A stretch of 32,000 bases of DNA from Alkanindiges illinoisensis DSM 15370. GTDB lineage: Bacteria; Pseudomonadota; Gammaproteobacteria; Pseudomonadales; Moraxellaceae. A program made the position numbers and the translations under genes. The notes below the pieces were generated by a model. The model saw nothing but the letters and a program-made list of their open reading frames with translations. It ran no database searches and had not been told where the DNA came from. Shown one piece after another: positions 10,444 through 19,290 of this stretch (position 1 is the first letter of the stretch; every line of letters starts with the position of its first letter). The stretch covers positions 385,190 through 417,189 of the forward strand of contig NZ_JHUX01000004.1 in assembly GCF_000619845.1 (NCBI RefSeq). Reading direction: 5' to 3'.

Positions 10444-11454
10444 TTATCGTGTCTCATATAACTGATCGAAAATAGCACCATTGACAAAATGGGTTTGCTG
10501 GGCCTTATGCCAGCCCCCAAATACATCACCAATGGTAAATAGCTTAATTTTGGGAAACTGTGCTGCATACTTGGCTTGTACTTGTCGGTCACGTGGCCGG
10601 AAAAAATATTTGGCGGCTAGCCCCTGCCCTACAGGCGAATACAGATAGTTTAAATAGCCTTTGGCCAGATTGCGGTTACCATCCTTGTCAACATTTTTAT
10701 CAACAATTGCCACAGATGGTTCTGCCAAAATGGAAACAGACGGATAAACAATCTCAAACTGGTCTTTGTCCAGGCCACCCTTGGTGGCCAGCAGTGCTTC
10801 GTTTTCCCAGGACAGCAACACATCACCAATACCACGCTCGGCAAACGTGGTGAGCGAACCACGTGATCCTGAATCCAGCACTTTGACATTGTGATATAAC
10901 TGCTTAACCAGCTCGCGTGCCTTGGCATCATTACCACCAGGCTGCTTGAGTGCATAACCCCAAGCCGCCAGATAAATCCAGCGCGGTGCGCCTCCGGTTT
11001 TTGGGTTAGGGGTAATAATTTCCACACCGGGCTTGGTTAAATCATTCCAGTCCCTAATGTTTTTAGGATTACCCTTACGCACTAGAAACACTACGGTTGA
11101 GGTATAAGGTGCGGAGTTGCTTGGAAACTCTTTTTGCCAGTTTTTATCAATCAATCCAGCATTACTGATTTCATCAATATCATTGGCTAGAGCCAGTGTC
11201 ACCACATCAGCCTGCAAGCCATCAATCACGGCACGGGCCTGTTTGCCTGAGCCACCATGTGATTGCTGAAAATCAACGTCCTGACCTGTCTTATTTTTCC
11301 AGAACGTCGCAAATGATTTATTATATTCCTGATAAAACTCACGCGTTGGATCATATGACACATTTAAAAATTTGGTTTCTGCAAAAGCAGTGCTCATAAC
11401 GCCCGTAGCGATCAGCACGGCCACCACAGTTTTTCTTATCCCCCGCTTGCGCAT
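10444..11454 (-). CDS. sbp: sulfate/thiosulfate ABC transporter periplasmic substrate-binding protein
   Basis: 336-aa ORF with a signal peptide ([25 protein letters not shown]). It contains [50 protein letters not shown] and [12 protein letters not shown], which match Sbp/CysP as I remember them. I cannot distinguish sbp from cysP. Confidence 0.85.
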   Translation of the reverse strand: MRKRGIRKTVVAVLIATGVMSTAFAETKFLNVSYDPTREFYQEYNKSFATFWKNKTGQDVDFQQSHGGSGKQARAVIDGLQADVVTLALANDIDEISNAGLIDKNWQKEFPSNSAPYTSTVVFLVRKGNPKNIRDWNDLTKPGVEIITPNPKTGGAPRWIYLAAWGYALKQPGGNDAKARELVKQLYHNVKVLDSGSRGSLTTFAERGIGDVLLSWENEALLATKGGLDKDQFEIVYPSVSILAEPSVAIVDKNVDKDGNRNLAKGYLNYLYSPVGQGLAAKYFFRPRDRQVQAKYAAQFPKIKLFTIGDVFGGWHKAQQTHFVNGAIFDQLYETR

Positions 11455-11649
11455 CAGTTATTACCTTGAATATTGTTTATGCTGGCAAGATTACGCAAAA
11501 ACCTTTGCCCTGAAAAATAATTAAAATATGTTTTCTTATCTTATATTTTGCTAAATCTGCCAGCAGCGGCCAGCGCATGAATAGCGGGACGTTACCGTAA
11601 ATTTTCCGCTATAATCGATCCAATCTAGAAATTTTGCATGCCAAGACCT

Positions 11650-13167
11650 ATGACTGTTCGTACCCGTATTGCGCCCTCGCCAACTGGTTTCCCTCATGTT
11701 GGGACTGCTTATATTGCGCTGTTTAACCTGTGCTTTGCCAGACAACATGGCGGTGAATTCATTTTAAGGATTGAAGACACCGACCAGACCCGCTCTACGC
11801 CTGAGTCTGAAAAAATGATTCTGGATTCACTGCGCTGGCTGGGCTTAAGCTGGGCCGAGGGGCCGGATATTGGTGGGCCACATGCGCCCTATCGCCAAAG
11901 CGAGCGCATGGACATTTATCGGCAATATGCTGAAGACCTGGTGGCAAAAGACCATGCCTTTTATTGCTTTGCCAGTAGTGAAGAACTTGATCAAATGCGC
12001 GCTGAACAACAAGCACGCGGCGAAACGCCAAAATATGATGGACGCGGCTTAAAACTGTCCGAACAGGAAGTTCAACAACGTCTGGCTTCTGGTGAACCGC
12101 ATGTGATCCGTATGAAAATCCCGCAAAATGGCACTTGCCAGATTGATGACATGCTACGCGGCACGATTGAAATTCCGTGGGAACAGGTGGACATGCAGAT
12201 TTTGCTAAAGACCGATGGCATGCCCACTTACCATCTGGCCAATGTGGTGGATGACCACCTGATGCAGATTACTCATGTGATTCGTGGCGAAGAATGGATT
12301 CCATCCGCACCCAAACATCAATTGCTGTATCAGTATTTTGGCTGGGAAATGCCAGTACTGTGCCACATGCCGCTGCTACGCAATCCCGACAAATCCAAAT
12401 TATCGAAACGCAAGAATCCAACCAGCATTACTTATTACCGCGATATCGGCATTTTGCCCGAAGCCTTGCTGAACTATCTGGGACGCATGGGCTGGTCGAT
12501 GCCGGATGAGCGTGAACTGTTTGACTTAAATGACATGATTGCCAATTTTGACATTAAACGGGTGTCTTTGGGTGGGCCAATTTTTGATGTGGAAAAACTT
12601 AACTGGCTGAATGGGCAATGGATTAAAGGTCTAACACCGGGACAGTTACTGGACAAAATTCTGGCATGGCGTGGCAACCGGGAAAAACTCGAACAAATTG
12701 CTGCGGCAATCCAGCCACGTATTAACACCCTGTCTGATGCAATTGACTGGGCTGGGTTTTTCTTTAACCGTGTCCCCAAAGTTGGGCCTGACGCTTTTGC
12801 CAGCAAGAAGCTAAGTGAAGAACAAGTCCGTCAGAGTCTGCAACTGGCCGTATGGCGTCTGGAAGCACTGATCAGCTGGAATAAGGACACCGTAAGCCAA
12901 ACCCTGATGACGCTGGCAGAGCAAATGGGCATCAAGCTGCGTGATTTTATGCCAGCATTTTTTGTGGCGATTGCCGGTTCAACCAGCAGTACCCCAGTGA
13001 TGGAGTCGATGGTGATTCTGGGCGCTGACCTCACCTATGCCCGCCTGCGTGCAGCGCTGGAAGTGCTGGGTGGCGTGAGTAAGAATGAAACCAAAGCCTG
13101 GCAAAAACTTAATGAAAGTCTGCAACTGCTGAAAAATCCAGCAGATGATGACGCCAATCCAACTTAA
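11650..13167 (+). CDS. gltX: glutamate--tRNA ligase (glutamyl-tRNA synthetase)
   Basis: Contains [18 protein letters not shown] (HIGH-type motif) and [12 protein letters not shown], plus the KLSKR (KMSKS-type) motif in [12 protein letters not shown]. The ORF track starts at ATG 11638 (MPRPM..). I prefer ATG 11650 ([13 protein letters not shown]) because homologues start 1-2 residues before VRTR. Neither ATG has a clear SD. Confidence 0.93.
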   Translation: MTVRTRIAPSPTGFPHVGTAYIALFNLCFARQHGGEFILRIEDTDQTRSTPESEKMILDSLRWLGLSWAEGPDIGGPHAPYRQSERMDIYRQYAEDLVAKDHAFYCFASSEELDQMRAEQQARGETPKYDGRGLKLSEQEVQQRLASGEPHVIRMKIPQNGTCQIDDMLRGTIEIPWEQVDMQILLKTDGMPTYHLANVVDDHLMQITHVIRGEEWIPSAPKHQLLYQYFGWEMPVLCHMPLLRNPDKSKLSKRKNPTSITYYRDIGILPEALLNYLGRMGWSMPDERELFDLNDMIANFDIKRVSLGGPIFDVEKLNWLNGQWIKGLTPGQLLDKILAWRGNREKLEQIAAAIQPRINTLSDAIDWAGFFFNRVPKVGPDAFASKKLSEEQVRQSLQLAVWRLEALISWNKDTVSQTLMTLAEQMGIKLRDFMPAFFVAIAGSTSSTPVMESMVILGADLTYARLRAALEVLGGVSKNETKAWQKLNESLQLLKNPADDDANPT

Positions 13168-13210
13168 TGATTGACAGGATGACGCTGACTGCTTAACATC
13201 TGCAACCCAT

Positions 13211-13286
13211 GGGGATATAGCTCAGTTGGTAGAGCGCTACAATGGCATTGTAGAGGTCAGCGGTTCGATCCCGCTTATCTCCACCA
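13211..13286 (+). tRNA. tRNA-Ala (anticodon GGC)
   Basis: The 76 nt fold by hand into a cloverleaf. Acceptor stem is GGGGATA/TATCTCC with the G3:U70 alanine identity pair. D arm is GCTCAGTTGGTAGAGC. Anticodon stem CTACA/TGTAG carries the loop ATGGCAT, giving anticodon GGC. The T arm is AGCGGTTCGATCCCGCT and CCA is encoded. Confidence 0.92.
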
Positions 13287-13319
13287 TATTTAGATTCAAA
13301 GAAGTCCAAAATCGTCCGA

Positions 13320-13353
13320 AAAGCCTTGAAGCATATAGCTCCAAGGCTTTTTG
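13320..13353 (+). terminator. rho-independent terminator downstream of tRNA-Ala
   Basis: AAAGCCTTG-N13-CAAGGCTTT forms a 9-bp stem that runs straight into TTTTTG. Confidence 0.7.
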
Positions 13354-13397
13354 TTGTCCAAGCTAATCCGATATGATCCATTGGAATCTAGGCATTT

Positions 13398-13447
13398 TGT
13401 TGGTAGATCTGTTGGTATATGATGGTATTTAAAAATCCATACCAACA
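13398..13447. promoter_or_regulatory. repeated 8-mer TGTTGGTA upstream of int: two direct copies plus one inverted copy (candidate arm-type or operator sites)
   Basis: TGTTGGTA occurs at 13398-13405 and 13410-13417. Its exact reverse complement TACCAACA is at 13440-13447, and a partial copy GATGGTA is at 13421-13427. All lie between the tRNA and the int start codon at 13493. Confidence 0.4.
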
Positions 13448-13492
13448 AATCAGCCAAATCACTCATAACCCTTATGATTTGAGGATGCCAAG

Positions 13493-14677
13493 ATGCTCAC
13501 TGATGCCAAAATTAAAAAATTACCAATCCCGCCTACCACTCAGAAATCCCCTGACAAATATAGTGATATCCAGGGTTTACAACTTCATGTGTTCAGCACT
13601 GGCCGTAAATCCTGGTATATGGCCTACCGTTTTGAAGGCAAACAGAAGTCTTATGGCATTGGCACCTACCCTGAAGTATCACTTGCCGAAGCCAGAGAGA
13701 AAAAAGAGGATGCGCGAAGGCTATTGAAAAAAGGGATTGATCCTAATGCCCTGAAAAAAATTCAGCAAAAGGAAGATGCCGGGTTAAACAGCTTTCAGCA
13801 TGTTGCTTTAGAGTGGTATGGCAAAAAACAGTCTGCCTGGGCAACCAGTACTGCCAATAAGGTTAAGCGTCGCCTTGAAGTTGATTTATTGCCCTATCTG
13901 GGTGAAAAGAATATTGCAGAGATTAGCGCACCGCAACTGCTTGAAGTGATCCGCCGTATTGAAGATCGCTCTGTTGATACGGCATACCGGGCATTGGAGG
14001 AATGTGGGCAGATTTTTCGCTATGGCATTGCAATCGGTACTAATGTTAATGATCCTTCAAGTGCATTACGCAGTGTACTCACCAAGCGCAGTAAAAAACA
14101 TTTTGCTGCGATTACCGAACCAGGTGATGTTGGTACTTTATTGAAGACAATTGACGGGTTTAATGGCACATTCGTCGTTAAGTGTGCTTTACAGCTTGCT
14201 GCCCTGTTCTTTGTACGCCCAGGTGAATTACGGCAGGCCAAATGGTCAGAAATTGATTTTGAGCGGGCTGAATGGCGCTATTTTGTCACTAAGACCAAGC
14301 AAGACCATATTGTCAGTTTATCAAGGCAGGCTTTATGCATTTTGAAGCAATTGCATCAACTCACAGGTAGCCATGAGTACGTTTTTATTGGTGGCCGTGA
14401 CCCAAAACGTCCTATGAGCGATGCTGCCATTAATGCCGCTTTACGACGCATGAAATACGACACCAAGACTGAAATGACAGGTCATGGATTCAGGGCAATG
14501 GCCAGAACCATACTGCATGAACGACTGGGTATGGATCGTGATGTGATTGAGCACCAGTTAGCTCACCGGGTGCCTGATGCGCTGGGTGGTGCTTATAACC
14601 GCACCCGGTTTCTTGATCAACGTAAAGCAATGATGCAGGCTTGGGCTGATTATCTGGATGAGCTGAAGGCTGGATAA
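13493..14677 (+). CDS. int: tyrosine-type site-specific integrase, P4/CP4-57 family (N-terminal DUF4102 arm-binding domain)
   Basis: 394 aa. The N-terminus LTDAKIKKL...DIQGLQLHVFSTGRKSWYMAYRF.GKQK.YGIGTYPEVSLAEAREK is typical of P4-like integrases. The C-terminal catalytic motifs are GHGFRAMART (HxxR) and HQLAH....GGAYNRT (Tyr). The gene sits directly next to a tRNA gene. Confidence 0.93.
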   Translation: MLTDAKIKKLPIPPTTQKSPDKYSDIQGLQLHVFSTGRKSWYMAYRFEGKQKSYGIGTYPEVSLAEAREKKEDARRLLKKGIDPNALKKIQQKEDAGLNSFQHVALEWYGKKQSAWATSTANKVKRRLEVDLLPYLGEKNIAEISAPQLLEVIRRIEDRSVDTAYRALEECGQIFRYGIAIGTNVNDPSSALRSVLTKRSKKHFAAITEPGDVGTLLKTIDGFNGTFVVKCALQLAALFFVRPGELRQAKWSEIDFERAEWRYFVTKTKQDHIVSLSRQALCILKQLHQLTGSHEYVFIGGRDPKRPMSDAAINAALRRMKYDTKTEMTGHGFRAMARTILHERLGMDRDVIEHQLAHRVPDALGGAYNRTRFLDQRKAMMQAWADYLDELKAG

Positions 14678-14696
14678 ATATTTACCCCTTTAAAAA

Positions 14697-14738
14697 GCAG
14701 GCTGGAATGCAAAGCTTGATACAAGCCAGCCTGTTTTG
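14697..14738 (+). terminator. rho-independent terminator after int
   Basis: GCAGGCTGG (14697-14705) pairs with CCAGCCTGT (14726-14734) across a 20-nt loop. The T of the terminal G:T pair begins a TTTT run (14734-14737). Confidence 0.65.
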
Positions 14739-14952
14739 ATAGCCAGATATCCAGTTCAAAGTACAACTATAACTATTTCATAAGGATTATTTAAATAGCC
14801 GGCTATGCTAATTAAAATATAAATTTTTATTTAGCTAAAGACGTAAATCTTCCAGATTCATATTCAAATAAATTATTTAAATGAGCGAAAATATATTAAA
14901 TAACTATACTTAGTTATTTAAAAAAACCAAAGGTAAAAGATTAGTTAATACT

Positions 14953-15411
14953 TTAAAATTGCATTTCATCAAACTTTTCATTAATCCCTGGCTGATCTGT
15001 TTGGTGAACTGATTTTTTATGTTTTCTATTAATCTTCACGGTTTGTGCTGCATTTATTTCATTTAATTTTTTCAAAATCTCCTGGTTTATTCCAGTTTTT
15101 TCTTCTAGATTATTGTATCCAGACTCCTCAATAGTACGAATTATTTTCTGATATATAGGCTGAAATTTTCTTTTAAATTCGCGTTCAATTAATAGCTCAA
15201 TATATTCAGCTCTTTCCATGTCTTTTCGGTGCATTAACAGTAAATTTAGAAAAACCTTGCTTTCGCTACTTATATAACCGCTGATACTAACTTTACCTTC
15301 TGCTTTCAATTTCTCACGGCGTTTTGTTTGCCGTGTAGCCCCAGTTGCATCATGCTTTGGGGAGGCTACGGGTTCTACAAAGTCACGGCTCAGATTTTCT
15401 ACAAATGTCAT
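14953..15411 (-). CDS. hypothetical protein, possible ribbon-helix-helix/RepB-like small regulator
   Basis: 152-aa ORF in a very AT-rich block. The segment TRQTKRREKLKAEGKVSISGYISSESKVFLNLL resembles the basic stretch plus beta-strand of RHH/RepB-type copy-control proteins. This is a weak assignment from memory. Confidence 0.45.
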   Translation of the reverse strand: MTFVENLSRDFVEPVASPKHDATGATRQTKRREKLKAEGKVSISGYISSESKVFLNLLLMHRKDMERAEYIELLIEREFKRKFQPIYQKIIRTIEESGYNNLEEKTGINQEILKKLNEINAAQTVKINRKHKKSVHQTDQPGINEKFDEMQF

Positions 15412-15628
15412 TTTTCAACTATTCCAAGCTAGATCATTCAACCTTAATTCCACGTCAAATGATGTCAACTTATTATAAATTCATTTTGTAACCAAATGTG
15501 TAAATACTAGCGTTACTCGTCACGCTTTCAGGTAGGCTTCCTAATCATCAGATAATTAAAACAAAACATACCCTATTTAGCTAAATCATGTTAAATTTTA
15601 CCATTTCCATTCTTATACTGCGTTTATC

Positions 15629-16807
15629 ATGCACAAAAAAGACGCTAAATTACTTTCTGAAGTAGTGGTCCCAATACTGATTTATCCTTCTGATGAACCA
15701 AAGGGAAAAAACCCATCCATAGAAAAAGATGGTATCAATATGGGTAACCGCGAGGTGAATAGGACGAATAATTACTATAAGGCGACAGAGCTTTGTCCAG
15801 AAAAACTAATGGAAAATTTCTGTGCTTTGATTTTCTATACAAAAAAGCTTATACAACGGGCAAATTATACCGCAATTGAAATTGAGAAAAAATCAAAAGG
15901 CTACTCTTCCGGATTAACACCACACCTAAAGATAGTATTGAGATTGATGAAATTAAATATAGGTTATATGTCTGCTATAGGTGATGGTCATATAGGATGG
16001 CTAGGCCACAACAACCTAATGAACCCTTATCTAAAATTAGCACAGAATATTCAACCTATATTAAGAGAATGCTTCAAAATTATCCATCAACGCTCCAATA
16101 CAAAAGAAGAGATAGAAAATATCAATATTGAATTAGTCAAAAAAATAAACTCAATGGCCATATATTATCAAAAACCAGAATTTAAACGATCAAGAAATGG
16201 TTTTGAATCAAAGCCAGAACAAAGGCGGAAGTCAATTTTAAAATATTTGAGAAAATTATTTACTATATTTCCAACTTTAAGTGTATTGAGATTTGATTTG
16301 CTATACGTTTTACCTAAAATAGGCGAGTACCCAAAGAACTATACCCCCTATCCAGGGGCTGATGAGTTGGTGAATCAGCGCACTCCTGAACTATATAAAT
16401 TGATATCAATAATTAAGAGTGGAGAACACAGAAATTTGGATTTTTTATCGCGCTCATTAGTAGGCTATATGGCAATCTGTGACTATCATCAATACAAAGG
16501 AATGCATTTCCACGTTATGCTTTTTCTATCTGAACCATTGACACAAGAACAAGAAAAACATGCTGTTGATCAGATAGATATAGTGTGGCGTAGTACAACT
16601 ATGCATAACTTAGGTTTTGCCTACCATTGTAATGAACAAAGTGGCTCTTATCGGTTTTCATTAATACCAACGCTTTATCAGGCTAACTGGTTTGACGATC
16701 CAGCTCTTAATCGCGCAATCGATTATTTCACGCGGCCTTCACATTTTTTTAAACTTGATACCTCCCACAAATTATTCTTTAAGGATAAAGTGAATAAGCT
16801 AAAATAG
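15629..16807 (+). CDS. YagK/YfjJ-family (inovirus Gp2-like) protein, AT-rich paralogue
   Basis: 392 aa. The C-terminal half aligns by eye with ORF 17527-18627: LSVLRFDLLY / VMVLRLDFGY; GYMAICDYHQYKGMHFHVMLFL / GCIWRIEYGQEKGYHLHMLILL; GFAYHCNEQSGSYRF / GTAYNCNANKQAYRF. The start codon is uncertain because there is no clear SD. Confidence 0.6.
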   Translation: MHKKDAKLLSEVVVPILIYPSDEPKGKNPSIEKDGINMGNREVNRTNNYYKATELCPEKLMENFCALIFYTKKLIQRANYTAIEIEKKSKGYSSGLTPHLKIVLRLMKLNIGYMSAIGDGHIGWLGHNNLMNPYLKLAQNIQPILRECFKIIHQRSNTKEEIENINIELVKKINSMAIYYQKPEFKRSRNGFESKPEQRRKSILKYLRKLFTIFPTLSVLRFDLLYVLPKIGEYPKNYTPYPGADELVNQRTPELYKLISIIKSGEHRNLDFLSRSLVGYMAICDYHQYKGMHFHVMLFLSEPLTQEQEKHAVDQIDIVWRSTTMHNLGFAYHCNEQSGSYRFSLIPTLYQANWFDDPALNRAIDYFTRPSHFFKLDTSHKLFFKDKVNKLK

Positions 16808-16876
16808 TCCCAGGTAATTTTATACAGACCTGCCCATTGATATGTGGAACCCGCCACCTATCACTTGGAGATCAAC

Positions 16877-17176
16877 ATGACTACCTGTCACAGCAACCAG
16901 CCATTTAATGCACCTGCTTCTACTGCTGCTATTACTAACCATCCTACTATGGCTACCCCGCCTATAGCATCCAATCGTATCCTGCGCTTAAAGCAGGTGA
17001 CAGCGCTGACCGGCCTGTCCCGCTCAGCCATCTATGACCGGCTTGATCCCAAGTCAAAACGCCATGACCCTCATTTTCCCAAACAGGTCAAACTCGGCAC
17101 ATCCAGTAATGCCGCAGTCGGCTGGCATGAGGCTGAAATACTGGCCTGGATCAGCCAGTGTAGTGTGGTTGGCTAG
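16877..17176 (+). CDS. alpA: AlpA-family phage/island transcriptional regulator (excisionase-like MerR-type HTH)
   Basis: ILRLKQVTALTGLSRSAIYDRL....FPKQVKLG...VGWHEAEILAWI matches the AlpA/prophage CP4-57 regulatory family pattern. I chose ATG 16877, which has GGAG 7 nt upstream. The ORF track extends to 16844. Confidence 0.85.
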   Translation: MTTCHSNQPFNAPASTAAITNHPTMATPPIASNRILRLKQVTALTGLSRSAIYDRLDPKSKRHDPHFPKQVKLGTSSNAAVGWHEAEILAWISQCSVVG

Positions 17177-17526
17177 CCAGTCTTTTTAAGTTCTTTTTTT
17201 ATTATTTATTCCGCTTAACTCAACATCCATTTTTAGCCATTCCTGCTATCAGAAATCACCTGACCAGAAGCATTTGACGCATAGTGTAAGCCTTTGATAC
17301 CAAGGCTTTGCATACCCTTGGCGTAAGCCATGCCCTGACGCTAATCAGCATGCTTGGGCCAGCCCTACATTACGGTTCTTATATTATTAAAACCAGAGAA
17401 CAACTTTGATACTGCACCCGACAGGGTGCTGCGGTAGTCAACCTGTTCGTCCTGAGTTTAAGCCCAAGTACCGACACAATGGTGTCAATGCAAGCACATG
17501 CCTGGTCATTCCTCTGACAGCAGGAG

Positions 17527-18627
17527 GTGATGAGGTTACCCATGAATCATTATTTTCCCAATGAATATTTTCCCGAGGATGAGTTACCGTCCATCAGTCA
17601 ACCATTTTTCCATGAACTGTTTAGTGACCTGTTCGCCATTGAACAGCTGGTGAACAGGCTTAAAAATTATGCTTACCCGCTATTTGGCCCGGTGCAGTAT
17701 CTGGATGAAGTGACTGAGCCTGAACGGCTGGAACTACAGCAAGAGTTTCTGCGGTTAATTAAACGGGTGCCCAGCCTTGAAATCCTGTATCCGCATGCCA
17801 GCTTTTCTGTGCTGATCAGGAGTTTTATTGATTGTGTGAGTCCTTACCTCGAAGACGGGTTTGATTTACTGCAAGGCACTGCCGCTCAACAGGATTTAAA
17901 CCAGTGTGTAGAAGATATCCGCCATAACCTGCAAAGGCCGGAAATCCGAAAGCGTAGCTACCGGGCCAATGAAAAATATGCTGACCAGGAAAAAGGCATT
18001 ACCTCCTTTATTAACCACCTGTTTACCCAACATGGCCGGGTGATGGTATTGCGGCTGGATTTTGGTTATCGCATAGGGCAGTACCCATCCTTCCTAAAGA
18101 TTGGCCATGACCGGGATAAGCTGATCCGTTACCTGCGGGAACGCCATGACCGGGAGGGCAAGGCATTCCTGGGTTGTATCTGGCGTATTGAATATGGACA
18201 GGAAAAAGGCTATCACCTGCATATGCTGATTCTGCTCAATGCCAACCGGGTCAGGGAAGATGTCACCCATGGCAGGCTAATCTGCGATTACTGGAACAAT
18301 GCCATTACCCATGGTAATGGTACAGCCTATAATTGCAATGCCAACAAGCAGGCTTACCGGTTCTGCGGGATTGGTGAGGTCAAATGGAATGACCAGGATA
18401 AGCGTAAGATTTTTAAACAGGTTGCCCTATACCTGGCCAAGCCTGATCCACGGCTTGAGATTGCCCGGACTTTAGAGGCTGAACACTTTAAGGCAGCTCA
18501 TGCGTTTATCCATGATTTACGCGCTGACCGATATCAGTATGACCGGATCAGAAATGGCCGGGTTTTTGGCACCAGCCAGCTGGATGAGTACAAGACCCGG
18601 CGCGGGCGTCACCGTCATATCAGTTAA
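17527..18627 (+). CDS. YagK/YfjJ-family (inovirus Gp2-like) protein with an HUH-like HLH motif
   Basis: 366 aa. The motifs VLRLDFGY, EYGQEKGYHLHMLILLN, YNCN....YRF and ALYLAKP fit the YagK/YfjJ C-terminal domain as I recall it from CP4-6/CP4-57 prophage genes. AGGAGG lies at 17521-17526. The start could be GTG 17527, ATG 17530 or ATG 17542. Confidence 0.7.
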   Translation: MMRLPMNHYFPNEYFPEDELPSISQPFFHELFSDLFAIEQLVNRLKNYAYPLFGPVQYLDEVTEPERLELQQEFLRLIKRVPSLEILYPHASFSVLIRSFIDCVSPYLEDGFDLLQGTAAQQDLNQCVEDIRHNLQRPEIRKRSYRANEKYADQEKGITSFINHLFTQHGRVMVLRLDFGYRIGQYPSFLKIGHDRDKLIRYLRERHDREGKAFLGCIWRIEYGQEKGYHLHMLILLNANRVREDVTHGRLICDYWNNAITHGNGTAYNCNANKQAYRFCGIGEVKWNDQDKRKIFKQVALYLAKPDPRLEIARTLEAEHFKAAHAFIHDLRADRYQYDRIRNGRVFGTSQLDEYKTRRGRHRHIS

Positions 18628-18739
18628 GGTAAGGCTTACCCCTTTGATGGATGGATTCCAAAAAAACACAGGTACACATCATTTACATGAAGATTTCATG
18701 CTTCATTCCCTGTTTTTTTTCATCTTAAGGAATTCATCC

Positions 18740-19054
18740 ATGACCATTTACTGTCCACGCTGCCAGTCTAGCAACCTGGCACTCATTCAGCAGGCCCAGC
18801 CTATCAATCAACCGGATTACAGCGATTCATCCATCGTGCTAAAAAGCATGGCCGGACTTGCCACCTTAGGGGTGACCATTGCCCGGCAAACCAGTATTGC
18901 CACACCACTGGCCGGTGGTATTGCAGGTGCGGTGCTAGGCTGCCTGTTTGGCAATGCTGCTGCATCCCAGCCTGCTTATCCACCACGTACCGATATTCGC
19001 TATACCTTGTGCTGCCAGGACTGCCAGCATGTATTTAGCCCTTCTGGCAGCTAG
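18740..19054 (+). CDS. small (104 aa) Zn-ribbon protein with a central glycine-zipper hydrophobic segment
   Basis: The translation is MTIYCPRCQSS...GLATLGVTIA...PLAGGIAGAVLGCLFGNAAA...YTLCCQDCQHVF. CxxC pairs sit at both ends and a GxxxG-rich hydrophobic core lies in the middle. AAGGA is 6 nt upstream of ATG 18740. The 184-aa ORF-track version (18500-) overlaps the preceding gene and is probably an artefactual extension. Confidence 0.55.
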   Translation: MTIYCPRCQSSNLALIQQAQPINQPDYSDSSIVLKSMAGLATLGVTIARQTSIATPLAGGIAGAVLGCLFGNAAASQPAYPPRTDIRYTLCCQDCQHVFSPSGS

Positions 19055-19141
19055 GGAGGCTATACCCATCGTCAGGTTTATCTGTTTAGCAGGTTGGCTA
19101 TTGATCGAATGATTTGATTGATAGGTGGGCTAGCAGATTAA

Positions 19142-19172
19142 GGGCTACCGGAATAATTCCGGTAGTCCTTTT
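19142..19172 (+). terminator. rho-independent terminator after the Zn-ribbon gene
   Basis: GGGCTACCGGA-ataat-TCCGGTAGTCC forms an 8-bp perfect core that extends with G:C and G:U pairs. It is followed by TTTTCG. Confidence 0.6.
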
Positions 19173-19208
19173 CGTTAGATGAGCATGTTTTATTTTTTTT
19201 ATTAAGCC

Positions 19209-19235
19209 TTGAAATCTTATGATATAACAGATAAT
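19209..19235 (+). promoter_or_regulatory. candidate sigma70 promoter for ORF 19291
   Basis: TTGAAA (19209-19214), a 15-nt spacer, then GATAAT (19230-19235). The spacer is shorter than optimal. Confidence 0.3.
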
Positions 19236-19290
19236 TAAAGGCTGAGAGGCCCTCTTAAAAGTTCAACTGACAGGTTTTAAAGATAAGCAC

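Noticed and set aside
10410-11399. Small ORFs overlapping sbp on both strands (10410-10592-, 10560-10853+, 10650-11027-, 11196-11399+).
   Set aside because: They are nested within or opposite a confidently identified sulfate-binding protein gene and have no recognisable features.
13193-13381. 62-aa minus-strand ORF overlapping tRNA-Ala.
   Set aside because: It lies antisense across a well-folding tRNA and its terminator, so it is almost certainly spurious.
17169-17178. The palindrome TGGCTAGCCA followed by T-runs, considered as the alpA terminator.
   Set aside because: The palindrome has no loop, so a stable hairpin cannot form. It overlaps the alpA stop codon. It may be a protein-binding site, but I cannot support a terminator call.
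18500-18739. The long N-terminal extension of the Zn-ribbon ORF (184-aa version), which overlaps the end of the YagK/YfjJ gene by 128 nt.
   Set aside because: The extension lies in an alternative frame of a coding region and has odd composition. An internal ATG at 18740 has a proper SD and yields a compact protein that begins at the first CxxC.
18974-18985. GCTTATCCACCA resembles the tRNA-Ala 3' end (GCTTATCTCCACCA) and might mark attR.
   Set aside because: The match is only 12 nt with an internal 2-nt gap. It lies inside a coding sequence, and island-type genes continue for 13 kb beyond it. It is most likely coincidence.
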